From Candidatus Anammoximicrobium sp. (lineage in GTDB: Bacteria > Planctomycetota > Planctomycetia > Pirellulales > Pirellulaceae), in contig JAVYAJ010000193.1 of the NCBI GenBank assembly GCA_032229885.1, positions 2,904 to 66,903 on the forward strand: DNA of 64,000 nt. Reading direction: 5' to 3'. The notes beneath the pieces were generated by a model that worked only from the letters and a program-made list of their open reading frames with translations, was not told the origin of the DNA and did no database searches. Below are positions 28,930 through 39,164 of the stretch, one piece after another. The stretch's first letter is position 1, and each line of letters opens with the position of its first letter. The position numbers were made by a program, and so were the translations under genes.

Positions 28930-30891
28930 TTGAACGTGCGTCGATCTGCGTTGTTTGTGCTTGTTCTGTTGAGCTTTTCGATGCTCGCCGGAGTCGCGCC
29001 GAGTTGGGCTGCTCGCCCCATCGACAGCCTAGTGCCGCCTACGACCAAAGGCTTTTTGTCCATTCCCGACGCCGAGCGTCTGCGGCGCGACTTTGAGAAG
29101 ACTCAACTGGGTGCGTTGGTCAACGACCCGGAGATGAAAGCGTTTGTCGAAGATTTAGTCCAGCAGATCGAGACCAAGCTGGGACGCACCGAGTCGCGAC
29201 TGGGGCTGAAGCCAGCGGACCTTCGTGGGGTTCCGGCGGGCGAGGTGGCGCTGGCGACCATGCAGCCCGGTGGCGATGCAAGGCAGCACGCTTACGGGCT
29301 GATCGCCGACGTCACGGGAAAATCGGAACAGACCAATCAACTGCTGGCGACCGTGGCCGAAAGAATGCGCGTCAAAGGAGCCAAGTCGAGCGTCAAGCAG
29401 GTTCAAGGCGTCTCGTTAACCGTCTATCAGATGCCTCGCCAGCAAGGCGAGACAACGTCCGAACGGGCGGTGTATTTCGTAACGGGCGATTATCTGGTGG
29501 CCGTCGATCACGAAGTGGCGGCCGAGCAGATTTTGACGCGAATCTTGGATGCCAGCCAAAAGAGCCTGAAGGACGATGCGGCGTATCAAGCCACGATGAG
29601 TCGCTGTCGCGCGGCGGCGCCCGAGGCGCAGCCGCATGTCCGCTGGTTTATCGAGCCGTTCGGCTATGCCCAAGCGTTGCGAGCGTCGACCGACGCCCGG
29701 AAGAAACGCAGCACCGACCTGTTGAAAGTTCTGGCGAACCAGGGCTTTACGGCTATCCAAGGAATAGGCGGCGTGGTCGAGTTCGGGACGGGCGAGCAAG
29801 AACTGCTGCATCGAACGTCGATCTACGCCCCACCGGTCAACAGTTCCGGCGCGCCGTATAACCTGGCGGCGCGGATGATGGCGTTTCCCAACAGCGAGAC
29901 GGTGGCCCCGCCGCCTTGGGTTCCGCATCACATGACGAACTATCTGACGATGCACTGGAAGATGAAAGAGGCGTTCGAGTATTCGAAGACGCTGATCGAC
30001 GAGGTCGCCGGCGCGCCGGTCTTCGAAGACATCATGGACAGCCTGAAGAACGACCCGAACGGGCCGCGGGTCGACATCCGTCAGGGATTGGTCAAGTATT
30101 TGGCCGAACGGGTTGTGTTCTTCAGCGACTATCGACTGCCGATCTCGACGACCAGCGAACGCTGGATGGTGGGGCTGGAGGTCACGAATCCGGCCGCGGT
30201 CCAAGCGACGTTGGACAAGGCAATGAGCTCGGATCCTGGAGCCAAGAAACGCGTCATCGGCAAGCATACGGTTTGGGAGGTCATCGAAAACGAGGCGCCC
30301 GCCGAGGTCGAAGAACTGGACATCGGCGGGGCCGGCTTCGGCGAGTTTGAGGCCGAAGACGAAGATGAAGACAAAGACGAGCGACCGCTGCTAACCCATG
30401 CCGCGTTCACCGTAGGGTTTGGCCAGTTGTTGGTCGCGTCGCACGTGGACTTCATCGAGGAGATCCTGAACCAGGGCGCCGGCCAGGCGACGCTGGACAG
30501 CACCAAGGATTTCACGCTGGTCAACGACGCGCTGACAAAGATCGGCGCGGGCAGCGACGCCGTCCGCTACTTTACGCGAACCGACAAGGAATACCACACC
30601 ACGTACGAGCTGATCCGAGAGGGCAAGATGCCGCAGTCGGAAACGCTGTTCGGCAGCGTGCTGAACCGGCTGTTTGCGCCCGATGAAAAAGGCGCCGTGC
30701 GCGAGCAACAGATCCGCGGCGACAAGATGCCAGATTACGAGAAAGTCCGCGGCTACCTGGGGCCAGGCGGCCTGTTCGTCCGCTCCGAAGCCGACGGTTG
30801 GTTCGTCGCTGGCTGTCTGTTGAAAAAACCGGCCGACGGCATGGGGCCGGCCGGCCCGATGGTCTCGCGACGCAGCGCGGAACGCCGTTGA
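28930..30891 (+). CDS. Hypothetical secreted protein
   Basis: 653-aa ORF. AGGAGGA lies just upstream of alternative starts TTG 28930 and GTG 28936. Signal peptide RRSALFVLVLLSFSMLAGVAPSWA. It also has an acidic EDEDEDKDE insert. Confidence 0.75.
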   Translation: MNVRRSALFVLVLLSFSMLAGVAPSWAARPIDSLVPPTTKGFLSIPDAERLRRDFEKTQLGALVNDPEMKAFVEDLVQQIETKLGRTESRLGLKPADLRGVPAGEVALATMQPGGDARQHAYGLIADVTGKSEQTNQLLATVAERMRVKGAKSSVKQVQGVSLTVYQMPRQQGETTSERAVYFVTGDYLVAVDHEVAAEQILTRILDASQKSLKDDAAYQATMSRCRAAAPEAQPHVRWFIEPFGYAQALRASTDARKKRSTDLLKVLANQGFTAIQGIGGVVEFGTGEQELLHRTSIYAPPVNSSGAPYNLAARMMAFPNSETVAPPPWVPHHMTNYLTMHWKMKEAFEYSKTLIDEVAGAPVFEDIMDSLKNDPNGPRVDIRQGLVKYLAERVVFFSDYRLPISTTSERWMVGLEVTNPAAVQATLDKAMSSDPGAKKRVIGKHTVWEVIENEAPAEVEELDIGGAGFGEFEAEDEDEDKDERPLLTHAAFTVGFGQLLVASHVDFIEEILNQGAGQATLDSTKDFTLVNDALTKIGAGSDAVRYFTRTDKEYHTTYELIREGKMPQSETLFGSVLNRLFAPDEKGAVREQQIRGDKMPDYEKVRGYLGPGGLFVRSEADGWFVAGCLLKKPADGMGPAGPMVSRRSAERR

Positions 30892-31053
30892 GATCCGTGT
30901 CGCTGACCGCTCGGCATCACGCTCCTCGCGACCCTGAACACAGACGTGCACCGCGGATTTGCGTCCGCCGGCGCCGCACAGGAAGCGAGGTTGACGCGGT
31001 CGTTGGCGCCGACGCTTGGCTGGCAGCCAGCGAGCCGCTTGGGTTCATGGAAT

Positions 31054-31094
31054 GAAAAAAGGGCTTGCCGCGAACCACGGCAAGCCCTTTTTTA
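31054..31094. terminator. Bidirectional intrinsic terminator
   Basis: Perfect 10-bp stem gggcttgccg (31061-70) / cggcaagccc (31078-87) with a 7-nt loop. It is flanked by A6 upstream and T6 downstream. It lies between the + strand gene ending at 30891 and the 3' end of the - strand tRNA. Confidence 0.7.
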
Positions 31095-31095
31095 G

Positions 31096-31180
<85 letters not shown>

Positions 31181-31421
31181 CGGCAAATCCGATCCTGAAA
31201 CCGCTCCCAGTCTACCACAAATCTCCGTCCGTCCAAGGCCTCTCGCGAATTTTTGGCGTCCCCCTGGGCATGTTGTCGCCAGCGACCCGCCGGTTCGCCG
31301 TCGGCGATATCTCTGGACTCTGGCGGGCATTCGGGGCCGTCTGCCGGCGTCTCGCGGTCCAATTGGGGCGAGTCCGATTCCGGGGTGGGCGACTTCGTGC
31401 CGTGTCGCGATGCGCACTGCA

Positions 31422-31449
31422 CAAAAAAAGGCGTCTCTTTCGAGACGCC
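31422..31449 (-). terminator. Intrinsic terminator downstream of the YHS-domain gene
   Basis: On the - strand, ggcgtctc gaaa gagacgcc is followed by TTTTTTT. It lies about 135 nt after the stop at 31585. Confidence 0.65.
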
Positions 31450-31584
31450 CCACGTTTTCCGCGTGTTTTTGTCGCGATGCCTCGCGCCACTTGGAACAGA
31501 ACCTCGTCGTATGGACTTCGGTCTGCCGCTGGCGCAGAGACCCTGACGGCCGTGCGGTCCTTCGGCCCGTGCCCGAGATACCGG

Positions 31585-32022
31585 CTATTTCTTCTTCAGT
31601 TCAAAGCCTTTGGCGAAAGCTTTATCGTTGAACACCAACTGCAACTGCTCGTCGCCGCTGGCATTGGCCGCCTTGCTCTTGCAGTTGTTGCAGCAAAAGG
31701 CAACTTTCACGCCCGCGATCTCGACCGTCAGCTCGGGATTCAGCTTGCGGCCACTGAACGGGCACTTCACCTCTTTGGCCTGCTTCGTCTCGACCAACTG
31801 ATGATTGGCCTTGGCGGCATACTTGGCTGGGTGCTTCTGGAACTCGGCCAGGCAATCCCCGCAGCACAAGTAGACCTTGCCGCCGTTGTAGGCCACAACC
31901 TCGGACTGGTCGGCGTCTTCGCCGGAGACCGGACAGTGCGCCTTGAAGTCGCTCTCAGCGGCGAACAAACTGGCGGACACAAACAACAAGGCGGCCGAAG
32001 CCGAAAAAAATCGTTGCATCAT
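31585..32022 (-). CDS. Secreted tandem YHS/TRASH-like metal-binding domain protein
   Basis: Signal peptide MMQRFFSASAALLFVSASLFA. Two repeats follow the YHS pattern: CPVSG...V.YNGGKVYLCCGDCLAEFQKHPAKY and CPFSGRKL...GVKVAFCCNNCKSK. Confidence 0.8.
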   Translation of the reverse strand: MMQRFFSASAALLFVSASLFAAESDFKAHCPVSGEDADQSEVVAYNGGKVYLCCGDCLAEFQKHPAKYAAKANHQLVETKQAKEVKCPFSGRKLNPELTVEIAGVKVAFCCNNCKSKAANASGDEQLQLVFNDKAFAKGFELKKK

Positions 32023-32293
32023 CGCAACACTCCTTCGTCTCTTGGATGGCGTTCGAGGCGACTAGCGCGAAACCGCGGAACACGGGAACACGACCCGCGT
32101 TGGGAAAATCTCGGCGCACAACGCCTGGACACGTTTCACGCGACCCTGAAACGGCGTGACGCGTGCGTCGCAAGATTCTCTCGGGGCTAGATTTCGCGAG
32201 GCCTGACACATTATAAAAGTGAGCGCGTGATTTTCAAACTTTCCTTCCAAGTCAAGAACCGTCCGGCAACACGCCCGACGGATCGAGGTTCCG

Positions 32294-33073
32294 ATGCGTC
32301 CGTGGATCCTGGCCGAGACCACTTACACCCATACCCGAGACCATCAATACGAAGTCGCCGTGTTGCCCCTGGGGGCTACCGAGCCTCACAATTTGCACCT
32401 GCCATACGGCACGGACACGTTCGCCGGCGAAGTGATCGGCCGCGAGATCTGCGCAGCCGCGCATCAACGGGGCGCCAAAGTCGTGTTGTTGCCGGCCATT
32501 GCCTACGGCACCGAGACGAACATGCGCCGTTTGCCTCTGGCGTTGAACGTGAATCCCACGACGCTGTTTCAGTTCGTGACCGATCTGGTCGAATCGTTGG
32601 TGAACAGCAATATCCGCAAGATCCTGCTGCTGAACAGCCACGGCGGCAACGATATGAAGCCGCTGCTGCGAGAGCTCGCCGGCAAGTTGTCCGCGCATCT
32701 GTTTCTGTGCACGTGGCACAAGGCGATGGCCGACGAGAACCCCAAGATCTTCTCGCAAGCCGAGGATCACGCCGGCGAAATGGAGACCTCGATGGCGCTG
32801 GCCTACTTTCCGGAACTGGTCCTGCATCGGCCTGACGGTAGTCTGGCTGCCGACAGCGGACAGACCGCCACGACCCGGTTCCGGGCGGTGAACGAGGGTT
32901 GGGTGGCCATCACGCGGGCTTGGCATCTGTTGACAACCAATGCCGGCGCGGGAAATCCTCACGCCGCGACCGCGGACAAAGGGCGACGCTTGATGGAAGT
33001 TCTCGTCGACCGTTTGGCTACGTTCCTGGTCGAACTGTCCGAGGCGAAACTGGACGAGCGATTTCCCTTTTGA
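32294..33073 (+). CDS. Creatininase-family amidohydrolase
   Basis: LPLGATEPHNLHLPYGTD, LLNSHGGN and HAGEMETS motifs characteristic of the creatinine amidohydrolase/MftE family. Confidence 0.9.
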   Translation: MRPWILAETTYTHTRDHQYEVAVLPLGATEPHNLHLPYGTDTFAGEVIGREICAAAHQRGAKVVLLPAIAYGTETNMRRLPLALNVNPTTLFQFVTDLVESLVNSNIRKILLLNSHGGNDMKPLLRELAGKLSAHLFLCTWHKAMADENPKIFSQAEDHAGEMETSMALAYFPELVLHRPDGSLAADSGQTATTRFRAVNEGWVAITRAWHLLTTNAGAGNPHAATADKGRRLMEVLVDRLATFLVELSEAKLDERFPF

Positions 33074-33182
33074 TCGGTAATCGCAAATCGCAGTCCGGCC
33101 GAACCCGGCCGCTTGTTCGCGGGACGCGCCGGTCGGCGGCTTTGCGCAGTCCGGATCCCGCCAGCGTGGCGTGGGCAGCCTT

Positions 33183-33293
33183 GGAGGGATGCGCTCCGTC
33201 GCGTCCGTTTCGTTTCGTCGCGTCCATCGCGTCCGCCGTATTTCGCCGTGCTCCGTCACATCCACTCCGTCACGGCCACGACGGAGTGTGGCA
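33183..33293 (+). repeat. Dispersed structured repeat, copy 3 (expanded spacer)
   Basis: GGAGGGATGCGctccgtCGCGTCC, then a spacer of about 65 nt containing extra cgtcgcgtcc/ctccgtc fragments, then GGCCACGacggagTGTGGC. Confidence 0.8.
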
Positions 33294-33657
33294 CGCGATC
33301 AAGTCGTCTCGGCCCCCCAAACGGACGCCCGATCTGGTAGAATCGAAAAACTGCCTGCGGCTGGTCGTGTCCGCCATCTGGTCGTGGCGCGCGACCGTGC
33401 GAGAACGCGTTTTGTCGCTTGCACATCCTGTGCATTCGCCACACAGTGCGCCATTTACTACATTTGGTCCCAGTAGAGGCCGGAATTCACTGCTTTTTGC
33501 CGTGGAACTTGTCGCTAGAAACGCCATCATACGTACAATACATAATCCTTTGGGTTTAGCTGTGATTGGCGGGTCCAAGGGTCGATTGCTACTTGAAGTC
33601 TTTGCGTCCGGCGTGGGCTGTCTGGGAGAGTTCCTGGAGATCTAACGGTATTGGAAC

Positions 33658-35754
33658 ATGTCTAGCGACCAAACAGTCACTGCTGACACGATCGAGCAGA
33701 CCAAGCAACAGATCCGCGGACTGGTGAGCGAGATTGCGCAACTGTCCAAAGGCGATCTTGGTCCGGAGGAGTATTTCCCCGCATTTCTGCAGCGGATCGT
33801 CTCGGCGCTGGCGGCTCACGGCGGCGCGGTCTGGGTGGTCCGCGACGGACGCCGGCTCGATCTCGCGTATCAGATCAAGATGAGCGAGGCGTTGTTGGCC
33901 TCGGATTCGGAGGACGCGCAACGCCATTTCGGCCTGCTGACCCGGATCGTGGCAACGGGCGAGGCGAGCCTGATTCCGCCGTACTCGGGCACGGCAGACG
34001 AGCATGGCGCGGCGAACCTTACCCAGTATCTGCTGGTGTTGGCGCCGATGCGGAGCGACAATCAGGTCGAGGGCATCGTCGAGATCTTCCAGCGCCCGGA
34101 CGCGCAGCCTGTAACACAGCGGGGCTATCTGAAGTTCCTCGTCCAGATGTGCGAGCTGGCTGCCGAATGGCTGAAGACCCGCAAACTGCGGCAGATCAGC
34201 ACTCGCCATTCGCTGTGGGAGCAAGCGGACCATTTCGCGCGTCTGGTGCACGAGCAGTTGGACGTCCGCGAGACGGCATACGTGATCGTGAACGAAGGTC
34301 GGCGGATGGTGGGGTGTGACCGCGTCAGCGTCGGCTTGATGCGCGGCCGGATCTGCAAGATCGAGGCCATCAGCGGTCAGGACACGATCGAAAACCGCTC
34401 GAACATCGTCAACTATCTGGGCAAGCTGGCGACCCGCGTTGTGGCGACCGGCGAATCGATGTGGTTTGACGGGGATGAAGAAGATCTGCCGCCCCAGATC
34501 GAGGAAGCCCTCGACCGGTACATCGACGAGTCGCACACCAAGCGGTTGGCGATTCTGCCGTTGCGTCGTCCAAAGCGTCTGGTGGATGCGCGGGAAACGG
34601 CCACCGGCGAGGCCGACAGCGAGAGCAACGAAGCCAACGAGATCATCGGCGTGTTGGTCGTCGAACAGATCGAGAGCGATCTGCCCGACGAGGTGGTGCG
34701 CTCGCGGACGGATCTGGTCTACGAGCACAGCGCGCGCGCGCTGACCAACGCGGTGGATCACGAACGGATCTTCCTGATGCCGCTGTGGAAGGCCGTCGGC
34801 AAGACGCGGTGGCTGTTTGGGCCGCGGTATTTGCCGAAGACGGTCGCCGCCCTGGGCGCGTTGGTCGTGTTCATGCTGTGCCTAGTGCTGGTCCCCAAGG
34901 ATTTCGAGCCCAGCGCCAAGGGCACCTTGCAACCGGTGGTCAAACGCGACGTGTTCGTGCCGGTCGATGGCGACGTGATCGACGTCAAGGTTCACGATCG
35001 GGACTTCGTCCAGGAAGGCGACCTGCTGGTCAAGCTGCGGAACACCGAGCTCGAGGTCCGCTATCAGGACGTTCTGGGGCAGATCCAGGTCAAACGCAGC
35101 CGCCTGGTGTCCGTGCGACGGTCGCTGTTCGAGCAGACCAACCGTTCCGACGCGCGGTCGCGCGACGAAGTCGAGCGGATCCGCTTGTCGGGCGAGGCCG
35201 AAGAGCTCGAACAGGAGCTAAAGACCTTGGACGAACAGTACCAACTGTTGGCCAAGAAACGCGCATTGCTGGAAATTCGCAGCCCGATCGCGGGCGAAGT
35301 GATGATGTCGTGGGACGTCCAAAAGTCGCTGATGTATCGTCCCGTGCAGATGGGGCAGATGCTGCTGAGCGTCGCGGATCCGCAGGGACCGTGGGAACTC
35401 GAGCTGTATATGCGCGAAAGCCGGGCTGGGCACGTCCGCCGCGCGCGCAGCGATCCGCGGTTGCAGGAGCGTTACCCGGGCGCGGGCGAACGCGTGACCT
35501 ATGTCCTGGCCACCGACCCGGGAACCACTCGCAATGGTACGGTTCGCGAGGTCAAGGGAACGACCGAGATTCGCCAGGAAGAGGGCAACATCGTCATGAT
35601 TCGCGCGGACATCGACCGCGCGCAGCTCGGGGATCCGCATCCGGGCGCGACGGTTACGGGCCAGATCTTCTGCGGCCGGCGGGCGCTCGGTTATGTCTGG
35701 TTTCACGAAGCCTGGGAATGGCTGCAAATTCACCTTCTGTTCTATCTCAAGTGA
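33658..35754 (+). CDS. GAF-like (x2) cytoplasmic sensor region + TM helix + HlyD-type periplasmic adaptor domain
   Basis: 698 aa. The N-terminal ~400 aa form two alpha/beta modules with GAF-like spacing (GGAVWVV...LAPMR...VEGIVEIF; VGCDRVSVGLM...IGVLVVEQ). One TM helix (TVAALGALVVFMLCLVLV). Lipoyl-like halves (VDGDVIDVKVHDRDFVQEGDLLVKL and IRSPIAGEVM) flank a coiled coil, followed by a beta-barrel. Confidence 0.85.
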   Translation: MSSDQTVTADTIEQTKQQIRGLVSEIAQLSKGDLGPEEYFPAFLQRIVSALAAHGGAVWVVRDGRRLDLAYQIKMSEALLASDSEDAQRHFGLLTRIVATGEASLIPPYSGTADEHGAANLTQYLLVLAPMRSDNQVEGIVEIFQRPDAQPVTQRGYLKFLVQMCELAAEWLKTRKLRQISTRHSLWEQADHFARLVHEQLDVRETAYVIVNEGRRMVGCDRVSVGLMRGRICKIEAISGQDTIENRSNIVNYLGKLATRVVATGESMWFDGDEEDLPPQIEEALDRYIDESHTKRLAILPLRRPKRLVDARETATGEADSESNEANEIIGVLVVEQIESDLPDEVVRSRTDLVYEHSARALTNAVDHERIFLMPLWKAVGKTRWLFGPRYLPKTVAALGALVVFMLCLVLVPKDFEPSAKGTLQPVVKRDVFVPVDGDVIDVKVHDRDFVQEGDLLVKLRNTELEVRYQDVLGQIQVKRSRLVSVRRSLFEQTNRSDARSRDEVERIRLSGEAEELEQELKTLDEQYQLLAKKRALLEIRSPIAGEVMMSWDVQKSLMYRPVQMGQMLLSVADPQGPWELELYMRESRAGHVRRARSDPRLQERYPGAGERVTYVLATDPGTTRNGTVREVKGTTEIRQEEGNIVMIRADIDRAQLGDPHPGATVTGQIFCGRRALGYVWFHEAWEWLQIHLLFYLK

Positions 35755-35778
35755 CTCGACGGATCCCGCGCACTCGGA

Positions 35779-36720
35779 GTGTCGGCCATGCATATCACGG
35801 CATTGTTGATCGCGAACCTGGTTCTAGCCGCCCAGCCCGCCGCGCCCCCGCGCAGCGCGGATCCGGCGATTCTAGAGCTGCCCAACTGCCTGATTTCGCT
35901 GATCGACAACGTGGATCTGCCGGCGCAGGAATCCGGGGTGTTGCACGAATTGATCGCCAAGGAAGGCCTGCGGGCCAAAGCGGGAGACGTGTTGGGCAAG
36001 GTCGACGAGACCGAGACGCTGTTGCGGCAGAAGGCGGCCAAGTACAAGCTCGAAGTGGCGACGGAGAAGGCCACGAACGACGCCGAGGTCCGGGTCGCGC
36101 GGGCGATCGTCGATCTGGCGAAGGCCGAGTACGAAGAATCGGTGGCCATCAACGAGCGCAGCGGGGGCAGCGCGATCCCGCCGACGCAGCTTCGCCGCCA
36201 GCGAGTCCAGTGGGAGAAGGCCGCCCTGGACTGCGTCGCCGCGGACATGAATTTCAAGATTGCCGGGTTGGAGCGAAATGTCTCGGAAGCCGAGGTCGAA
36301 GCGGTGGCCAACGAGCTCGAACGGCGGACGTTGCGGGCGCCGTTCGACGGCGTCGTGGTCGAAATGTATCGCCAGCAGAGCGAGTGGGTGCAGCCGGGCG
36401 AACCCGTGCTGCGACTCATCCGGATGGATCGGTTGCGCGTCGAGGGCTTTGTGAGCGCCAGTCAGTATCTTCCCGAACAGGTCGATGGCGCACCGGTCGA
36501 AATCACGGTCGACCTGCCGGGCGCCCAACGGCAGCAACTCAGCGGAAAGATCTCGTTCGTCAACCCTCAAGTCGGTTCCAACCGCGATTACCGAGTCTGG
36601 GCCGAGGTCGACAACTTGCCGGGTTCGGGCGGGTATCCCTGGCTGCTTCGCCCGGGGCTGATCGTCCAGATGCGGATCCGGTTGAACCCGTTGGCCAGCG
36701 CCGCGCCGGGCCGCGGCTAG
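35779..36720 (+). CDS. Secreted HlyD-family periplasmic adaptor-like protein
   Basis: 313 aa. Signal peptide MSAMHITALLIANLVLAAQPA. ESGVLHELIAKEGLRAKAGDVLGKV, a coiled coil, then LRAPFDGVVVEMY...GEPVLRLIRMDRLRVEGFV. It starts 24 nt after the upstream stop. Confidence 0.85.
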   Translation: MSAMHITALLIANLVLAAQPAAPPRSADPAILELPNCLISLIDNVDLPAQESGVLHELIAKEGLRAKAGDVLGKVDETETLLRQKAAKYKLEVATEKATNDAEVRVARAIVDLAKAEYEESVAINERSGGSAIPPTQLRRQRVQWEKAALDCVAADMNFKIAGLERNVSEAEVEAVANELERRTLRAPFDGVVVEMYRQQSEWVQPGEPVLRLIRMDRLRVEGFVSASQYLPEQVDGAPVEITVDLPGAQRQQLSGKISFVNPQVGSNRDYRVWAEVDNLPGSGGYPWLLRPGLIVQMRIRLNPLASAAPGRG

Positions 36721-36816
36721 GCGTTGTGGCTCGCCGGTGGATGCAGCGGCTTCGTCGTCTGCGGCGCTGAGCGACCTTTCATTCAGTGTGATCGTCGATT
36801 CCTCGACGGGATATCC

Positions 36817-39093
36817 ATGGCAACCCTTGCAGAAAGCCTGGTCAGCACGACGTCGCGGCGCCTGCCGTTGCGGATGCGTCCCGATCTGTCGATCCGCAAG
36901 CATCACTATCACGGCGAAGGCTATTGGGTTGTCAAAGAGCCGGTGGGTTTGAACTACTACCGCTTTCACGAGGAGGAGTTCGCCATCCTGCAGATGCTCG
37001 ACGGCCAGACGAGCATGGACGAGATCAAGGAGCGGTTCGAGGCTGAATTCGCCCCGCAGAAGATCACGTTTCAGGATCTGGCCCAGTTCATCGGGATGCT
37101 GCATCGCAGCGGGCTGGTGATCTCCGAGGCGGCGGGCCAGGGCCGCCAGCTCAAGAAACGACGCGACGAAAAGAAACGCAAGGAGTGGCTCGGCCGTCTC
37201 AGCAACGTATTCGCGCTTCGCTGGCGCGGCGTCGACCCGGAACGGTTTCTGAATTGGCTGTATCCGCTGACTCGCTGGATGTTCCATCCGGTCTGCGTGG
37301 CGATGTGCCTGGCGCTCGCGCTGTCCGCGCTGCTGCTGGTGATGGTCCAATACGACGTGTTCTATTCGCGTCTGCCGTCGTTCCACGAATTTTTCGATCC
37401 GCGGGCCGCCAACAAATGGCTATATCTGGCGGTGACCATGGGGGTGGTCAAGGTATTGCACGAGTTCGGCCACGGCCTGTCGTGCAAACATTTTGGCGGC
37501 GAATGCCACGAGATCGGCTTCATGCTGTTGGTGCTGACGCCCTGTCTGTACTGCAACGTGTCCGATTCCTGGATGCTGCGCAACAAATACCGCCGGGCGA
37601 TGATCGGGGCCGCCGGGATGTACGTCGAACTGGTCCTGGCCTCGCTCGCCACGTTCATCTGGTGGTTCAGCGATCGGACCACGCTGGTGAACAACCTGGC
37701 GTTGAACGTGATGTTCATCTGTTCGGTCAGCACGGTGATCTTCAACGGCAATCCGCTGCTGCGCTTCGACGGCTATTACATCCTGATGGACCTGGCCGAA
37801 ATTCCCAATCTGCGGCAGAAGTCCACCGAGGTCTTGAAACGGTTCCTCGTCGGAACGTGCTTGGGTTTAGAGCAACCTGAGAATCCGTTTCTACCGCAGA
37901 AGAACCGCGTCCTGTTCGGGCTGTATACGGTGGCGGCCGTGGCGTACCGCTGGATCGTGGTGTTTTCGATCGTGTTTTTCCTGATCAAGGTTTTCGAACC
38001 GATCGGACTGAAGATCGTTGGTCAGGTGATTGCCGGAGTCGGATTTTTCGGTCTGGTCGTCCAGCCGCTGTGGCAACTGGCGCGCTTCTTCTACTTGCCG
38101 GGGAGGTTGCACAAAGTGAAAAAGCTACGGGTGGTCGCATCGGCGGCAGTCGTCGTAAGCGTGGTGGCCGCCGTCCTTTTTCTGCCGCTGCCGCACTCGG
38201 TCAAGTGCGAGTTCGAAATCCAGCCGCGCGATGCCGCGGCGGTGTACGTCGAAGTCGCCGGACGAGTCGAGCGGATTCTCGTTCGCGACGGCCAGCAGGT
38301 GGACCGTGGCCAGCCGATCGTCGAGCTCAGCAATCCGGACCTCGATCTGGCGGTTCTGAACCTGGAAGGCCAGCACGAGGTCACCCAGACGCGGCTGGCG
38401 ACGATCGAGCGAGAACGCTTCCGCAACGACCAATCCGGTCTGCAGATCGGCCACATATCCGAATTATTGGCGACCACCAAGGCGCAACTCGCCGAGAAAG
38501 AGCGCGAGCTGGCCCGGTTGCGGGTCGTGACCCCGGTGTCGGGAACGATCATCCCCGCGCCGCCGCGGCCCGCGCGCGACGAACTGGTCGATGGCCGCTT
38601 GCCGACCTGGACAGGCTCGCCGCTGGACCCCAAGAACGTGGGCGCGGCGTATGCCGAAGGCGAGCTGTTATGCCGCGTCGGCGACCCGACCGATCTCGAG
38701 GCCCTGTTGGTCGTCGACCAGGCGGACATCGATCTGGTCGACGCTGCGATGGCCCAGGCCCAGCCGGCCGTCAAGTTGGAGGCCGATGCCTATCCGGGGC
38801 GTCATCTGCGCAGCCGCGTCGAGCAGGTCGCCCGCGTCGAATTGAAGGACATCCCAGGCAGCCTGGCGGCGCAGGCCGGCGGGCGGCTCGAGACCAAGGT
38901 CGATCGCGCGTCGGGCGGGGTTCGGCCGATGAGCACCTCGTACCACGCCCGCGTGCCGCTGGATGACCAAGGTCCGTTGAAGGGGCTGTTATGCCCCGGG
39001 ATGAAGGGGCGAGCTCAGATCTATACCCAGTGGCAATCGATGGGCCAGCGAGCGTTTCGTTTCGTAGCTCGCACCTTTCATTTCGAGCTGTAG
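36817..39093 (+). CDS. Fusion: PqqD/RRE-like N-domain + M50 (site-2 protease) zinc metalloprotease + HlyD-type adaptor domain
   Basis: ATG at 36817 within ORF 36724..39093. HEFGH at 37459-37473. Second S2P motif NGNPLLRFDGYY. Multiple TM helices. The C-terminal region has AGRVERILVRDGQQVDRGQPIVEL, a coiled coil, then VVTPVSGTI. The N-terminal YYRFHEEEFAILQMLDGQTSMDEIKERF...FQDLAQFIGMLHRSGLV resembles PqqD. Confidence 0.88.
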   Translation: MATLAESLVSTTSRRLPLRMRPDLSIRKHHYHGEGYWVVKEPVGLNYYRFHEEEFAILQMLDGQTSMDEIKERFEAEFAPQKITFQDLAQFIGMLHRSGLVISEAAGQGRQLKKRRDEKKRKEWLGRLSNVFALRWRGVDPERFLNWLYPLTRWMFHPVCVAMCLALALSALLLVMVQYDVFYSRLPSFHEFFDPRAANKWLYLAVTMGVVKVLHEFGHGLSCKHFGGECHEIGFMLLVLTPCLYCNVSDSWMLRNKYRRAMIGAAGMYVELVLASLATFIWWFSDRTTLVNNLALNVMFICSVSTVIFNGNPLLRFDGYYILMDLAEIPNLRQKSTEVLKRFLVGTCLGLEQPENPFLPQKNRVLFGLYTVAAVAYRWIVVFSIVFFLIKVFEPIGLKIVGQVIAGVGFFGLVVQPLWQLARFFYLPGRLHKVKKLRVVASAAVVVSVVAAVLFLPLPHSVKCEFEIQPRDAAAVYVEVAGRVERILVRDGQQVDRGQPIVELSNPDLDLAVLNLEGQHEVTQTRLATIERERFRNDQSGLQIGHISELLATTKAQLAEKERELARLRVVTPVSGTIIPAPPRPARDELVDGRLPTWTGSPLDPKNVGAAYAEGELLCRVGDPTDLEALLVVDQADIDLVDAAMAQAQPAVKLEADAYPGRHLRSRVEQVARVELKDIPGSLAAQAGGRLETKVDRASGGVRPMSTSYHARVPLDDQGPLKGLLCPGMKGRAQIYTQWQSMGQRAFRFVARTFHFEL

Positions 39094-39164
39094 TCATGCG
39101 GGTTCCGATGAGCCCGAAGTGTGTGTTGTTTGGATCTGTTTCAGGAGAGTGAGGAGATTTAGGA

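Noticed and set aside
31181-31584. tRNA-Leu flank as a possible integration site for a mobile element
   Set aside because: No integrase, no direct repeat of the tRNA 3' end, and no gene content in the 400-nt flank.
33420-33434. TGCACA-tcc-TGTGCA palindrome about 225 nt upstream of the GAF-HlyD gene
   Set aside because: By a rough estimate, about 16 palindromes of 6-3-6 form are expected by chance per strand in 64 kb. This is not significant without conservation data.
35872-37386. 504-aa - strand ORF across the HlyD and M50 genes; similar shadows at 41988..43442 -, 43465..44925 +, 45661..47289 + and 61017..62957 -
   Set aside because: All lie antisense or out of frame to genes with clear motifs and have Arg/Pro/Gly/Asp-dominated low-complexity translations.
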